Assembly: GCA_019244045.1 (NCBI GenBank)
Contig: JAFATF010000052.1
Span: 15,636 to 79,635, forward strand
Origin: Acidobacteriota bacterium
Lineage (GTDB): Bacteria; Acidobacteriota; Terriglobia; Terriglobales; Acidobacteriaceae
Length of the DNA: 64,000 bases
Reading direction: 5' to 3'
Part shown: positions 38,776 through 51,001 of the stretch, in pieces
How the letters are laid out: each line of letters begins with the position of its first letter
How positions within the stretch are numbered: position 1 is the stretch's first letter
Notes under the pieces: model-generated
Seen by the model: the letters and a program-made list of their open reading frames with translations, nothing else
The model's database searches: none
Told to the model about the DNA's origin: nothing
Position numbers and translations under genes: made by a program

Positions 38776-38824
38776 TGTTGGTCTTACAGTCCTCTTCACT
38801 CTCGAGACAAATCAAGCGCGGTTA

Positions 38825-39301
38825 ATGGACGAAACACTCAGGCAACTAGGCGGATTACTGCTCGGCTCAATTCCGACCATCATCTTCATGCTTGCTCTCT
38901 ATGGCGCTTACACGCTGATTGTCCATCGGGCGCTGGTCAAAATCCTGGGGGAACGGCGGAATAGGACGGAGGGCGCCATGGAGAAGGCGCGTGCCGCGAT
39001 CGGCGATGCTGAGGCCCGTACGGCGGCTTATGAACAGCGTCTGCGCGAGGCGCGCCTCGACATCTTTCGAAATCTCGAGGCACGCCGGCACAAAGCCCTC
39101 GAGCTGCGCGGTGCTAGAGTTGCCGCCGCGCGCGCCGAAGCGCGGGCCGAGGTAGACAACGCCCGAGCACTTATTGCCAAGGAAAAACAGCAAGCCCAGG
39201 CACGACTTGAAGCCGAGAGCCAGGATATTGCCTCGGCAATCATCAAGGTCGTGCTTGAGCCAGCCATGGCGCAACCGCGCGCTGGAGGCGCCAATGACTG
39301 A
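38825..39301 (+). CDS. atpF: F-type ATP synthase Fo subunit b' (b-type paralogue)
   Basis: Single N-terminal TM (LLLGSIPTIIFMLALYGAYTLIV) followed by an Ala/Arg/Glu-rich coiled coil. First gene of the atp cluster. Confidence 0.85.
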   Translation: MDETLRQLGGLLLGSIPTIIFMLALYGAYTLIVHRALVKILGERRNRTEGAMEKARAAIGDAEARTAAYEQRLREARLDIFRNLEARRHKALELRGARVAAARAEARAEVDNARALIAKEKQQAQARLEAESQDIASAIIKVVLEPAMAQPRAGGAND

Positions 39302-40064
39302 CCGGATTAAAGCGAGCACCATGCATTCCTTTATTGTCGCCCTCTGGCTGCTGCTCTGCCTAGCGCCCGCCTGTGCGCAGGCCTCGGCTGCGAGCGCTCA
39401 GGGAGCAGATTTGCCCAAGCAAAAACAGGTTTCCGGCGCGTCCGGCGATTTCGGATCTCAACTCGCCCGCGAGTCCCGCGAGGCTGCCGGCGAGGAGAGG
39501 GGTGAAAGCGAAGAGCTGAAGAAATCCGCGGCGGTTGATTTTGTGGCACGGCTGACAGGAATGAGCCTGCAGCATGCATATTGGTTGTGCATGTTGCTGA
39601 ATTTCATCATTATTGCGGCGGCCATCGCCTGGTTATCCCGGCTCCATCTTACCGGTTTTTTTCGCTCTCGTACGGTTTCGATTCAGACCGCCATCCAACA
39701 GGCGCAGAAGGCCAGCCAGGATGCTGATCGCCGCTTGACTGAAATCCATTCCCGATTGGCGAAGCTGGACTCTGAAATCGCTGTCATGCAGAGTGCGGCT
39801 GATGGGCAGGCCGTAGCGGAAGAGGCCCGCATCCAGGCGGCCGCCGCAGAGGATATGCGCAAGATTGCCCAGTCTGTGCGGCAAGAGATCGCGGCCGCCA
39901 CCAAAGCTGCCCGCCGCGAACTCAAGATGTATGCCGCCGATTTGGCCGTGGCCCTGGCGCAACGGCAGATTCGCGTGGACAACGGCAGCGACCAGTCACT
40001 GGTGCGCAGTTTTGCCGAGCAGCTTGGTAGTGAGAAAAATGGCACGGGAAAGGGCGGTCGCTGA
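39294..40064 (+). CDS. atpF: F-type ATP synthase Fo subunit b with extended N-terminus
   Basis: The ATG at 39294 overlaps the upstream stop (ATGACTGA). Signal-like segment FIVALWLLLCLAPACAQA, ~65 hydrophilic residues, TM YWLCMLLNFIIIAAAIAWL, then a b-type coiled coil. The ORF-track start at 39174 is rejected. Confidence 0.8.
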   Translation: MTDRIKASTMHSFIVALWLLLCLAPACAQASAASAQGADLPKQKQVSGASGDFGSQLARESREAAGEERGESEELKKSAAVDFVARLTGMSLQHAYWLCMLLNFIIIAAAIAWLSRLHLTGFFRSRTVSIQTAIQQAQKASQDADRRLTEIHSRLAKLDSEIAVMQSAADGQAVAEEARIQAAAAEDMRKIAQSVRQEIAAATKAARRELKMYAADLAVALAQRQIRVDNGSDQSLVRSFAEQLGSEKNGTGKGGR

Positions 40065-40066
40065 TT

Positions 40067-40606
40067 ATGTCGGCCGTTACCCGCCGCTACGCGCGGGCCT
40101 TTGTCGATGTTGTGCTCGACGGTCATCTCGACGCCGATGGCGTATTTGAGGAGCTTCGAACCATCGCTGCCGCCCATCAAATGAGCCCCGAGCTTCGCAA
40201 GGTGTGGGCGAGCCCAGCGGTTGCGGCCGAACAAAAGCGCGGCTTGCTCGATGCTATTGCTGCGCGTGAAGGCATCTCGCGCGCGACCCGAAATTTTATC
40301 GCCGTACTGATCGATCATCGACGAATTGCCCTGCTCGACGAGGTGCTCGAGGATTTTAAAAAGCAACTCAGCAGCCGGCTGGACTTTGCCGAGGCTGAAA
40401 TCACCAGTGCCCGCGAGTTGAATATTTCCGAGAGACGCACTCTTGAATTTCAGATCGAAAGGCTCACCGGCAAAAAAGTGCGCGCCCGTTACGGCCGCGA
40501 TGAGTCAATTCTGGGCGGCGCCATTGTCCAGGTCGGAAGCACGATTTACGACGGGTCGATACGAGGACAGCTGGAAAGGATTCGTGAACAACTGAGCAGC
40601 AATTAG
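40067..40606 (+). CDS. atpH: F-type ATP synthase F1 subunit delta (OSCP)
   Basis: RRYARAFVDV.., C-terminal GGAIVQVGSTIYDGSIRGQLERIREQL. Confidence 0.93.
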   Translation: MSAVTRRYARAFVDVVLDGHLDADGVFEELRTIAAAHQMSPELRKVWASPAVAAEQKRGLLDAIAAREGISRATRNFIAVLIDHRRIALLDEVLEDFKKQLSSRLDFAEAEITSARELNISERRTLEFQIERLTGKKVRARYGRDESILGGAIVQVGSTIYDGSIRGQLERIREQLSSN

Positions 40607-40664
40607 CGTCAGTCATAAACCCCGCCGGCTTTTGCCCCAGGCATTATGCGGCGTTGATCGCTAA

Positions 40665-42227
<1,563 letters not shown>

Positions 42228-42304
42228 GTTCCGCGGCATCCGTACGCCCGAGGACAGGTCTGGGCAGGCGCGAAGGATCCTTAGCAAGGAAGTCATGAGC
42301 GGGA

Positions 42305-44901
<2,597 letters not shown>

Positions 44902-44969
44902 AAATGCTTGGTTAACTTTCGGGTGCTCCCAGCGGCCGGGTGAGTTCTTACCCCCGGCGAACCGTTGCC

Positions 44970-45380
44970 ATGGCCGATACTTTCCAATTCGAGATTGTTA
45001 CTCCCGAAAAGCTGGTGGTGCGCGATGTTGCCGAGGAGATGCAGATTCCCGGGAAAGACGGCTACTTGGGGATTCTCCCCGGACATGCTCCGCTGATCAC
45101 CGAACTCGGGGTCGGCGAAATCAGCTATCGTGTGCATGGCTACACTCACCGGCTGTCGGTCGCCTGGGGTTTTGCCGAGGTCCTCCCCGATAAAATTACC
45201 ATATTGGCCGAAACCGCTGAGCGTGCTGAAGAGATCGATGTTGAACGTGCCCACGATGCCAAGCGGCGTGCTGAGGAGAGACTTAAGAACGGGAATTCGG
45301 AGATCGATGTTCGCCGCGCTCAGGTAGCGCTCGAGCGGGCCGACTCCCGCCTCAAGGTTGCCAGCAAAGGGCGCTCCTGA
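44970..45380 (+). CDS. atpC: F-type ATP synthase F1 subunit epsilon
   Basis: Start moved to ATG 44970 (MADTFQFEIVTPEK). G.LGILPGHAPLIT.. and a C-terminal helical hairpin. Confidence 0.93.
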   Translation: MADTFQFEIVTPEKLVVRDVAEEMQIPGKDGYLGILPGHAPLITELGVGEISYRVHGYTHRLSVAWGFAEVLPDKITILAETAERAEEIDVERAHDAKRRAEERLKNGNSEIDVRRAQVALERADSRLKVASKGRS

Positions 45381-45464
45381 GCCTCAACCGCGGACGGTTC
45401 TGTACTCCTGGGCCAGAAAAGGCCAGGCTTGCGACAAATCCGGCAACGGCCAGCCACCTTCCGC

Positions 45465-45950
45465 CTAGCGCTTATAACCGAATTTGCGCAGTAGTTCCTT
45501 GCGCGCGGTAATCTCTGGGCCCCCTTCTACCCCTTTTGGCGAGCTGCCGTCGATCACGCCCACAATCCCGCGGCCTTGTTCCCCTCGCGCCACAATGATC
45601 TCCAAGGAGTTCTGCGTGGCGCAGAAGACCGAACACACTTCGTCTACGGCGCGAACGGCCCGCAACACGTTAATGGGGTAAGCATTGCGAAGCAGGAGTA
45701 CAAAGATGTGACCTGCGGCAATCGATTGTGCATTGCGAATTGCGATCTTCTTCAGTTCGTCATCGTTGCCGTCAAAGCGGGTAAGGCAAGGGCCTGACGC
45801 TTCATTGAAGGCCACGCCGAATTTGGCTTCGGGCACGCTCCCCACGACCGCTTCGTAAAGGTCCTCCACGGTCTTAATGAAATGCGACTGTCCGATGATG
45901 ATGTTGGCGTCACTGGGAAATTCCGCACGTACCGCCTCGAATTGAATCAT
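45465..45950 (-). CDS. adenosine-specific kinase family protein (former DUF355)
   Basis: Start moved to ATG 45950 (GGAGGAAACA SD). IIIGQSHFIKTVEDLYEA..KFGVAFNEASG..AGHIFVLLLRNAYPINVLRAV..GRGIVGVIDG matches my recollection of this ~160-aa family. Confidence 0.7.
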   Translation of the reverse strand: MIQFEAVRAEFPSDANIIIGQSHFIKTVEDLYEAVVGSVPEAKFGVAFNEASGPCLTRFDGNDDELKKIAIRNAQSIAAGHIFVLLLRNAYPINVLRAVRAVDEVCSVFCATQNSLEIIVARGEQGRGIVGVIDGSSPKGVEGGPEITARKELLRKFGYKR

Positions 45951-46169
45951 TGTTTCCTCCGGAGAGCTGCGCGCTACCAAGCTAACTCATCAAACCTCCT
46001 GGTGGAATGGCCGGCATCGTTTCCGCTGGTGGGTTACCATGAATGCAGTAAGTCAGGTAAGCTGGCAGGCAAAGCGAAAGCGCTCCAACTGGCGCAGCCA
46101 TAATGTACCAGGCGTTCGGCGCCGGGCCAGCGACCCCGAAAGTGCGAAGCAAATTCTCCTGGGAGGAAC

Positions 46170-47600
46170 GTGGTTTCAAAACAGCGCGTCAGTGTCATGC
46201 TGGGGTTCGCCTTGTTTCTGCTGGTCGCTTGCGGCGGCGGCAACCGTGGCGCAGCGCCTCAGGCCGCAGCCGTTCCCCCACTGCCGAGCACCCCGGCTCC
46301 AGGGCCGGGAGCGCCAACTGCTCCGGCCAATTTCAGAGTGGATATTTCAGTGGGCACCACGGGAGGGCTCTTCGTGTCCTGGAGCGATATGCCAGGAGCG
46401 ACTTACTACAATCTCGAGCACTGGGCCAGTCCGGCCTCGGGATTTTCGCTGGTGGGAGGGTGCAGCGGGACGGCGAGTGACGCATATACGGCTGCCCCTT
46501 CCGGCCTGAGGGCCTGTCGTGACCGCGGTCTTACGGTCGGCAGTACGTATTACTATGCTGTTCAGGCTTGTAATAACAGCGGATGCAGCAACTATAGCAA
46601 TCTCGCCTCCAACGCGCCTGTAACCAGTGATTGCACAGCAAGCGAAATGCCCGACACGACGCTGGTGAAAACCCTGGGCCCCGTAAGCGTCTTGTCGAGC
46701 TCCGTGGACCCGGCCATAAGGTTTTTGCCCAATGCTTATCAGAATGCCGGCTATGCCGCGCCCGGCGTCTCGCGCCGGAATCTGCTCGTAGTTTCCCTTC
46801 CCGGGACTGGAACCGTCTGCGGCGGTATAGGGCCTTTTGGCCAGACGGCAGAAAAGCTGGGCTTCGATGTGATCTGCGTCAATTATCCGAACGCAGCTGC
46901 CCAAGACACGATCTGTTCGGGCGATCCTGCTTGTTTCGGCAACGTGTCCCAAGCCAAGCTTGATGCCACGGGACCCTGTTCGCTGCCCAATGGAGCGCAT
47001 TGCGGAGTGGACCCAACCAGCGGGCAGCCTTTCGTGAACAGCAACCCTGCCGATGCTCTAACCGAGCGCATCGCGAGCATGCTCGCCTACTTGAGCCACA
47101 ATGGCTACAACCAGAATGGCACGAATTGGGGAATTTATCTTCGAGGCGCTGTCCCACAATGGACTAAGATCATCCTGTCCGGCTGGTCGCAGGGTGGCAG
47201 CATGGGCACATTTTCCGCTTATAAAAATCCGGTTGCTCGCGTCATTAACCTGTCAGCGCCACCGGAAGCTACACCGGTCAACGGCCTGATGACCGCTGCG
47301 ACCTACTTCACCACCCCCAGAGCAACCAACCTCCGCAGCTTCTATGGACTGGTGAGCACCATCGACCCTTATTACACTCAGGGCTACTTTGCCGCCGTGT
47401 GGCAAGCACTGGGGTTTACGGCTGGCAACAATGATGCCGAAGTGAAGCTCAATGCCACGACTCCTGTCGGGCTGACCTGCAATTCGGCAGCTCCGTCTCA
47501 CAATTTCTCAACCAGTGCGCCGGTGCCCGTGGCCAACGCACACGCTGAGCCCCTGGCTATCTGGAACGAAGATGTGTTCAAGTTCATGCTGATCGATTAG
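46170..47600 (+). CDS. lipoprotein: FN3-like domain + serine hydrolase (alpha/beta fold, GWSQGG elbow)
   Basis: Lipobox FLLVACGG. Start is GTG 46170 or ATG 46197. FN3-like segment (PANFRVDI..WSDMPGATYYNLEH..GSTYYYAVQACN). GxSxG motif in ILSGWSQGGSMG, resembling the GFSQGG carboxylesterase elbow. Confidence 0.75.
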   Translation: MVSKQRVSVMLGFALFLLVACGGGNRGAAPQAAAVPPLPSTPAPGPGAPTAPANFRVDISVGTTGGLFVSWSDMPGATYYNLEHWASPASGFSLVGGCSGTASDAYTAAPSGLRACRDRGLTVGSTYYYAVQACNNSGCSNYSNLASNAPVTSDCTASEMPDTTLVKTLGPVSVLSSSVDPAIRFLPNAYQNAGYAAPGVSRRNLLVVSLPGTGTVCGGIGPFGQTAEKLGFDVICVNYPNAAAQDTICSGDPACFGNVSQAKLDATGPCSLPNGAHCGVDPTSGQPFVNSNPADALTERIASMLAYLSHNGYNQNGTNWGIYLRGAVPQWTKIILSGWSQGGSMGTFSAYKNPVARVINLSAPPEATPVNGLMTAATYFTTPRATNLRSFYGLVSTIDPYYTQGYFAAVWQALGFTAGNNDAEVKLNATTPVGLTCNSAAPSHNFSTSAPVPVANAHAEPLAIWNEDVFKFMLID

Positions 47601-47656
47601 GTGTGCCGCTTATTTGAAACCGGAACAGCCGTTCGTCAAAGCCGGCGACCGCTTGC

Positions 47657-48622
47657 CTAGTCTTGCTTTTCGCGGCTTGCTCTAGCACTGAGGCCGATTA
47701 CCGCCCCGGCGGCCACGTATTTTACCTCCGGCCTATCATCATAGAGGTAGAGAGCTGCTGTCTTTAGGGCAGAAGCATCTCCGCGCCTGGCGAGAGCCTC
47801 GAGGGCCGCGGCCCGCACCAGCCAGCTCTTGTCCCCGGCTGCCATGACGAGTCCCTTTGTCGTCGCCGGGTCGGGATCCTGAGCGAGCTTCTGAGCCGCG
47901 GCTGCCCGCAGCGGTGATTTATCATCTTTGGTGATGGTCTTGAATGCCTCCCAACTGATCCCGCCAAATGGCACGAATCCCAGGCCTTCATGGAAGCCGA
48001 GAGCAAAAAGCTTCCGAGGATCCTTGAGAATAGCCTCCTGGCTGGCGATCAGACCGACGCCCGTCTTGCGTTCTCCGGTAAGAATTTCGTAGTAAACCTC
48101 ATAGCCATCATTGTTTTTAAGCTCGATGAGAGCTTGCGCCGCAGAAAGAACTACCTTGTTGTCCTTGTCATCGAGCATCTCCTTGAGCTTGGCGATGCCG
48201 CGCTGTGTCGCTTTGCCGATTTTGCCGAGCGCCTCAGCAGCCGCAGCACGCACTTCCGGCTTGTCATCACCCACTCGGGACTCGGCCAGCTTCTCGGCAC
48301 GGGAATTATCGCGCACCAGGCCAAGCCCATGCAGGGCGATTGCACGCTCGCTTGCTCTCGGCGATTTCACTCCCGCTTCGAGCAGCTGCCAGGCTCCATC
48401 GAGAGGCGGAAGGGAAGGGTTGGGTATCGTGACGGGCTCCTGGGGAGACGTGGTCTGATCTTCATCGTTCTCTTGCTGGGTGGATGGCTGAGGCGAGGCT
48501 GAGGGGCGGTGTTCGGCCTGAGGCCTGGCGCGCTCCGACTCAGCCGCGTGAGACTGGCCGGGGAACAGCAAACAGGCGCTCAGCGAAATCCAGGCGACTC
48601 GAAACACTGCGGCAGCTGACAT
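47657..48622 (-). CDS. secreted HEAT-repeat protein
   Basis: Start moved to ATG 48622 (AAGGA SD, signal peptide VAWISLSACLLFPGQSHA). Repeated PBS-lyase-type HEAT motifs (D.KPEVRAAAAEALGKIG, SPLRAAAAQKLA, SWLVRAAALEALARRGD, RPEVKYVAAGAV). Confidence 0.8.
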   Translation of the reverse strand: MSAAAVFRVAWISLSACLLFPGQSHAAESERARPQAEHRPSASPQPSTQQENDEDQTTSPQEPVTIPNPSLPPLDGAWQLLEAGVKSPRASERAIALHGLGLVRDNSRAEKLAESRVGDDKPEVRAAAAEALGKIGKATQRGIAKLKEMLDDKDNKVVLSAAQALIELKNNDGYEVYYEILTGERKTGVGLIASQEAILKDPRKLFALGFHEGLGFVPFGGISWEAFKTITKDDKSPLRAAAAQKLAQDPDPATTKGLVMAAGDKSWLVRAAALEALARRGDASALKTAALYLYDDRPEVKYVAAGAVIGLSARASREKQD

Positions 48623-48653
48623 TCTGTATCCTTGGCTTGCCGCAAGCGGATGG

Positions 48654-50003
48654 CTAATGTTTCCGTTTTTTGGCAGAGCTCTTGTTTGACTCGAAGGGCC
48701 TGCGGCCGTTTTCCTGGAAAACACGCGTGAAGATCGTATCGATGTTCCCGAGTTGTCGTTTCAGGTCAAAAGCCATCTCGATCTCGTGGCGTGGCACACG
48801 CCGCTCGATGTCGGCATCCTTCATGATCAGTGTGCGGAAGGGCGCGCCTGCCTTCCAGGCCTGCATGGCATTGCGCTGCACCATGTGATAAGCCTCTTCG
48901 CGCGAGACACCGTGCTCGACGAGATCGAGCAACACTTGTCCGCTGAATATCAAACCGCCGGTGCTTTCCAGGTTGGCCAGCATCCGCTCCGGGTAGATGA
49001 CCATTGTCTCGATCAGGTTGGTCGTTTTATGGAGCATGTAGTCGATGAGAGTCGTCGAATCGGGCAGGATGATACGTTCCGCCGAGGAGTGCGAAATGTC
49101 GCGCTCGTGCCACAGAGCGACGTTTTCAAAAGCCGCCTGCACGTTCGACCTCACCACCCGCGCCAAGCCGCTTATCTGCTCCGATGTCACCGGGTTGCGC
49201 TTGTGCGGCATGGCCGACGAACCCTTCTGCTTTTCGCTGAAGTACTCTTCCGCCTCCCGCACCTCGGTTCTTTGCAGGTGGCGAAACTCGGTGGCGATCT
49301 TATCCAGAGTGCAGGCCATGACGGCGATGGTGGCCAGGTAAGCCGCGTGGCGATCGCGCTGAATGATCTGCGAAGAGATTGCGGCCGCCTTCAACCCCAG
49401 CCGAGCGCAGATCTTTTCTTCAAGATCCGGGCGGAGATGAGCGAAGGTGCCAACCGCACCAGAAAACTTGCCCACGCGCATGTCTTCGGCGGCCGACTTG
49501 AAGCGAGCGATGTTGCGTTCGACTTCCGAATACCAGTTGGCCAGTTTGAAACCGAAGGTGATAGGCTCGGCGTGAATGCCGTGGGTGCGGCCGATCATAG
49601 GGGTGTCTTTGAATTCCCAGGCCCGTCGTTTGAGTACGTCGCGCAGCTTGAGCAGGTCTCGGCCAACGATTTCGGACGCCTGCCCGATGAGCAGTCCTTG
49701 CGCCGTGTCGACCACGTCGCTCGAGGTCAGCCCGAAGTGGAACCAACGAGCCTGGGGACCCACTCTTTCGGCCACCGCGGTGGTGAATGCGATCACATCG
49801 TGGCGGACCTCGGCCTCGATCTCCTGGATACGTTCCAGTTGGAAGTCTGCCCGCTCGCGTATTGCACGGGCTGCCGCTTTGGGAACCAGGCCGGCATCGG
49901 CCAATGTTTCGGTAGCGGCAAGCTCGACTGTCAGCCAGGTTCGAAACCGGTTTTCGTCGCTCCAAATACGTCCCATTTCGGGCCGCGTGTAGCGTGGAAT
50001 CAC
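48654..50003 (-). CDS. purB: adenylosuccinate lyase
   Basis: GTG start with an AAGGGG SD. MIPRYTRPEM..W.., fumarate-lyase signature GSSAMPHKRNP. Confidence 0.97.
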   Translation of the reverse strand: MIPRYTRPEMGRIWSDENRFRTWLTVELAATETLADAGLVPKAAARAIRERADFQLERIQEIEAEVRHDVIAFTTAVAERVGPQARWFHFGLTSSDVVDTAQGLLIGQASEIVGRDLLKLRDVLKRRAWEFKDTPMIGRTHGIHAEPITFGFKLANWYSEVERNIARFKSAAEDMRVGKFSGAVGTFAHLRPDLEEKICARLGLKAAAISSQIIQRDRHAAYLATIAVMACTLDKIATEFRHLQRTEVREAEEYFSEKQKGSSAMPHKRNPVTSEQISGLARVVRSNVQAAFENVALWHERDISHSSAERIILPDSTTLIDYMLHKTTNLIETMVIYPERMLANLESTGGLIFSGQVLLDLVEHGVSREEAYHMVQRNAMQAWKAGAPFRTLIMKDADIERRVPRHEIEMAFDLKRQLGNIDTIFTRVFQENGRRPFESNKSSAKKRKH

Positions 50004-50152
50004 GTCTGCCCCTTGTTGTGCCTGGAATCGAAGGACTAGGGATTCTAACTGGAGGATGCGCGCTTGTGCTACTGAGGCACTGGTCAGCCCGCAGCAGGCA
50101 AATTCATGCCCGCCCGCGACCGGCGCTCGAGACCGGTGGCTGGGCGCAGATC

Positions 50153-50983
50153 TCAGTGAGGCGGGATCGAGGGCACGGAAGGCTGAGGCGTCGCGGTTTG
50201 CGAGGAGCTGCTGCTCGTGCCGCGCGCCGCCAAGCCTGCCGCCAGCGCACCGCCCGCAACCGCAACGCCGATTAAGAGATTTCGCTTAAGGTGCGATGGT
50301 TTCCGCTCAGGTGGCTGTTGTTCGGGAGCGGTGCTGGCTACTACTTCGCCCAACAGACTCGTCTCCGCGATGGTTTGCTGCTCGTAATCCTCGGGGGTGA
50401 GCACCAACCTGCTGATTCCGTGGCGGTCAACGCTCGTCATCTGTCCGGCGGCTACGTCCACGGGGGAGCCGCCTTCGGCGGCACCGACCAGGACGATGCC
50501 CTCGTACACCACGACCTGGGTGCGTTCAGGAGTAACGTCCAGGAAAAAATCGGTTCCCACCACGCTGATACGGGCTTGCGGTGTCGTGATCGCGAAACTC
50601 CTGGCACCCTTACGGGCCTTTGCCACTCGGCTGCGCACCCGGCCGCTCGTAACCTTGAGCATGGTTTCGGCCGTGGCGGAAGAATGCTTGGCGATGGTTA
50701 GCTGAGTTTGTGATCCCATGCTCAGAAGCGATCCATCATCGAGCTCGACCCGCAGGCGTCCTGATTTGTTGGTGCTCAGTAGCTCGTTGGTGCGCACCAG
50801 GGTTTTCGGCGCGGCAGCCAATCCGTCGGCAGAGGCTGAGGCGCTTACTCCGGTAATCTTGCCCGCCGCTTGGCGGTCAAAACTGTCGCTGCTCGAGGCC
50901 GGTGGGCAGAGGGGCGACAGAAGAAACGACATCACCAGCGCGATAGCAGGCCGGAGCCGCTCAGCTGCTATGGTTTTTCTCAT
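50153..50983 (-). CDS. FecR-domain protein with N-terminal signal peptide and C-terminal TM anchor
   Basis: GAGGAAG SD. Signal peptide. FecR-like core (RVELDDGSLLSMGSQTQLTI..LKVTSGRVRSRV..ITTPQARISVVGTDFFLDV..VVVYEGIVLV). C-terminal TM LLIGVAVAGGALAAGLAA. Starts 18 nt downstream of the PKD/propeller gene. Confidence 0.8.
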   Translation of the reverse strand: MRKTIAAERLRPAIALVMSFLLSPLCPPASSSDSFDRQAAGKITGVSASASADGLAAAPKTLVRTNELLSTNKSGRLRVELDDGSLLSMGSQTQLTIAKHSSATAETMLKVTSGRVRSRVAKARKGARSFAITTPQARISVVGTDFFLDVTPERTQVVVYEGIVLVGAAEGGSPVDVAAGQMTSVDRHGISRLVLTPEDYEQQTIAETSLLGEVVASTAPEQQPPERKPSHLKRNLLIGVAVAGGALAAGLAARGTSSSSSQTATPQPSVPSIPPH

Positions 50984-51001
50984 ATCATCTTCCTCGCTTC
51001 C

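Noticed and set aside
38766-38825. 19-codon upstream ORF (MLILLVLQSSSLSRQIKRG) whose stop overlaps the atp b' start codon (TAATG)
   Set aside because: It has no SD, and its ATG lies upstream of the TSS predicted from the best candidate promoter (TTGACA-18-TAATTT). It is probably a chance ORF in AT-rich DNA. It would be worth revisiting only if the TSS maps further upstream.
39174-39293. N-terminal extensions given by the ORF track for many genes. Examples are 39174 for atpF, 32966 for the SH3 lipoprotein, 28298 for glyA, 36609 for hfq, 48724 for the HEAT protein and 35476 for DegT.
   Set aside because: The extensions overlap the preceding genes, are Arg/Pro/Ser-rich and lack SDs. Downstream starts restore canonical N-termini or signal peptides and carry SD motifs.
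45407-45427. Possible bidirectional terminator hairpin between atpC and the adenosine-kinase-family gene
   Set aside because: The stem is only 4+3 bp with a bulge, and no U-tract is present on either strand. This is too weak to call.
48753-50039. 428-aa ORF antisense to purB
   Set aside because: Shadow ORF opposite an unambiguous adenylosuccinate lyase gene. Low-complexity Arg/Gly/His-rich translation.
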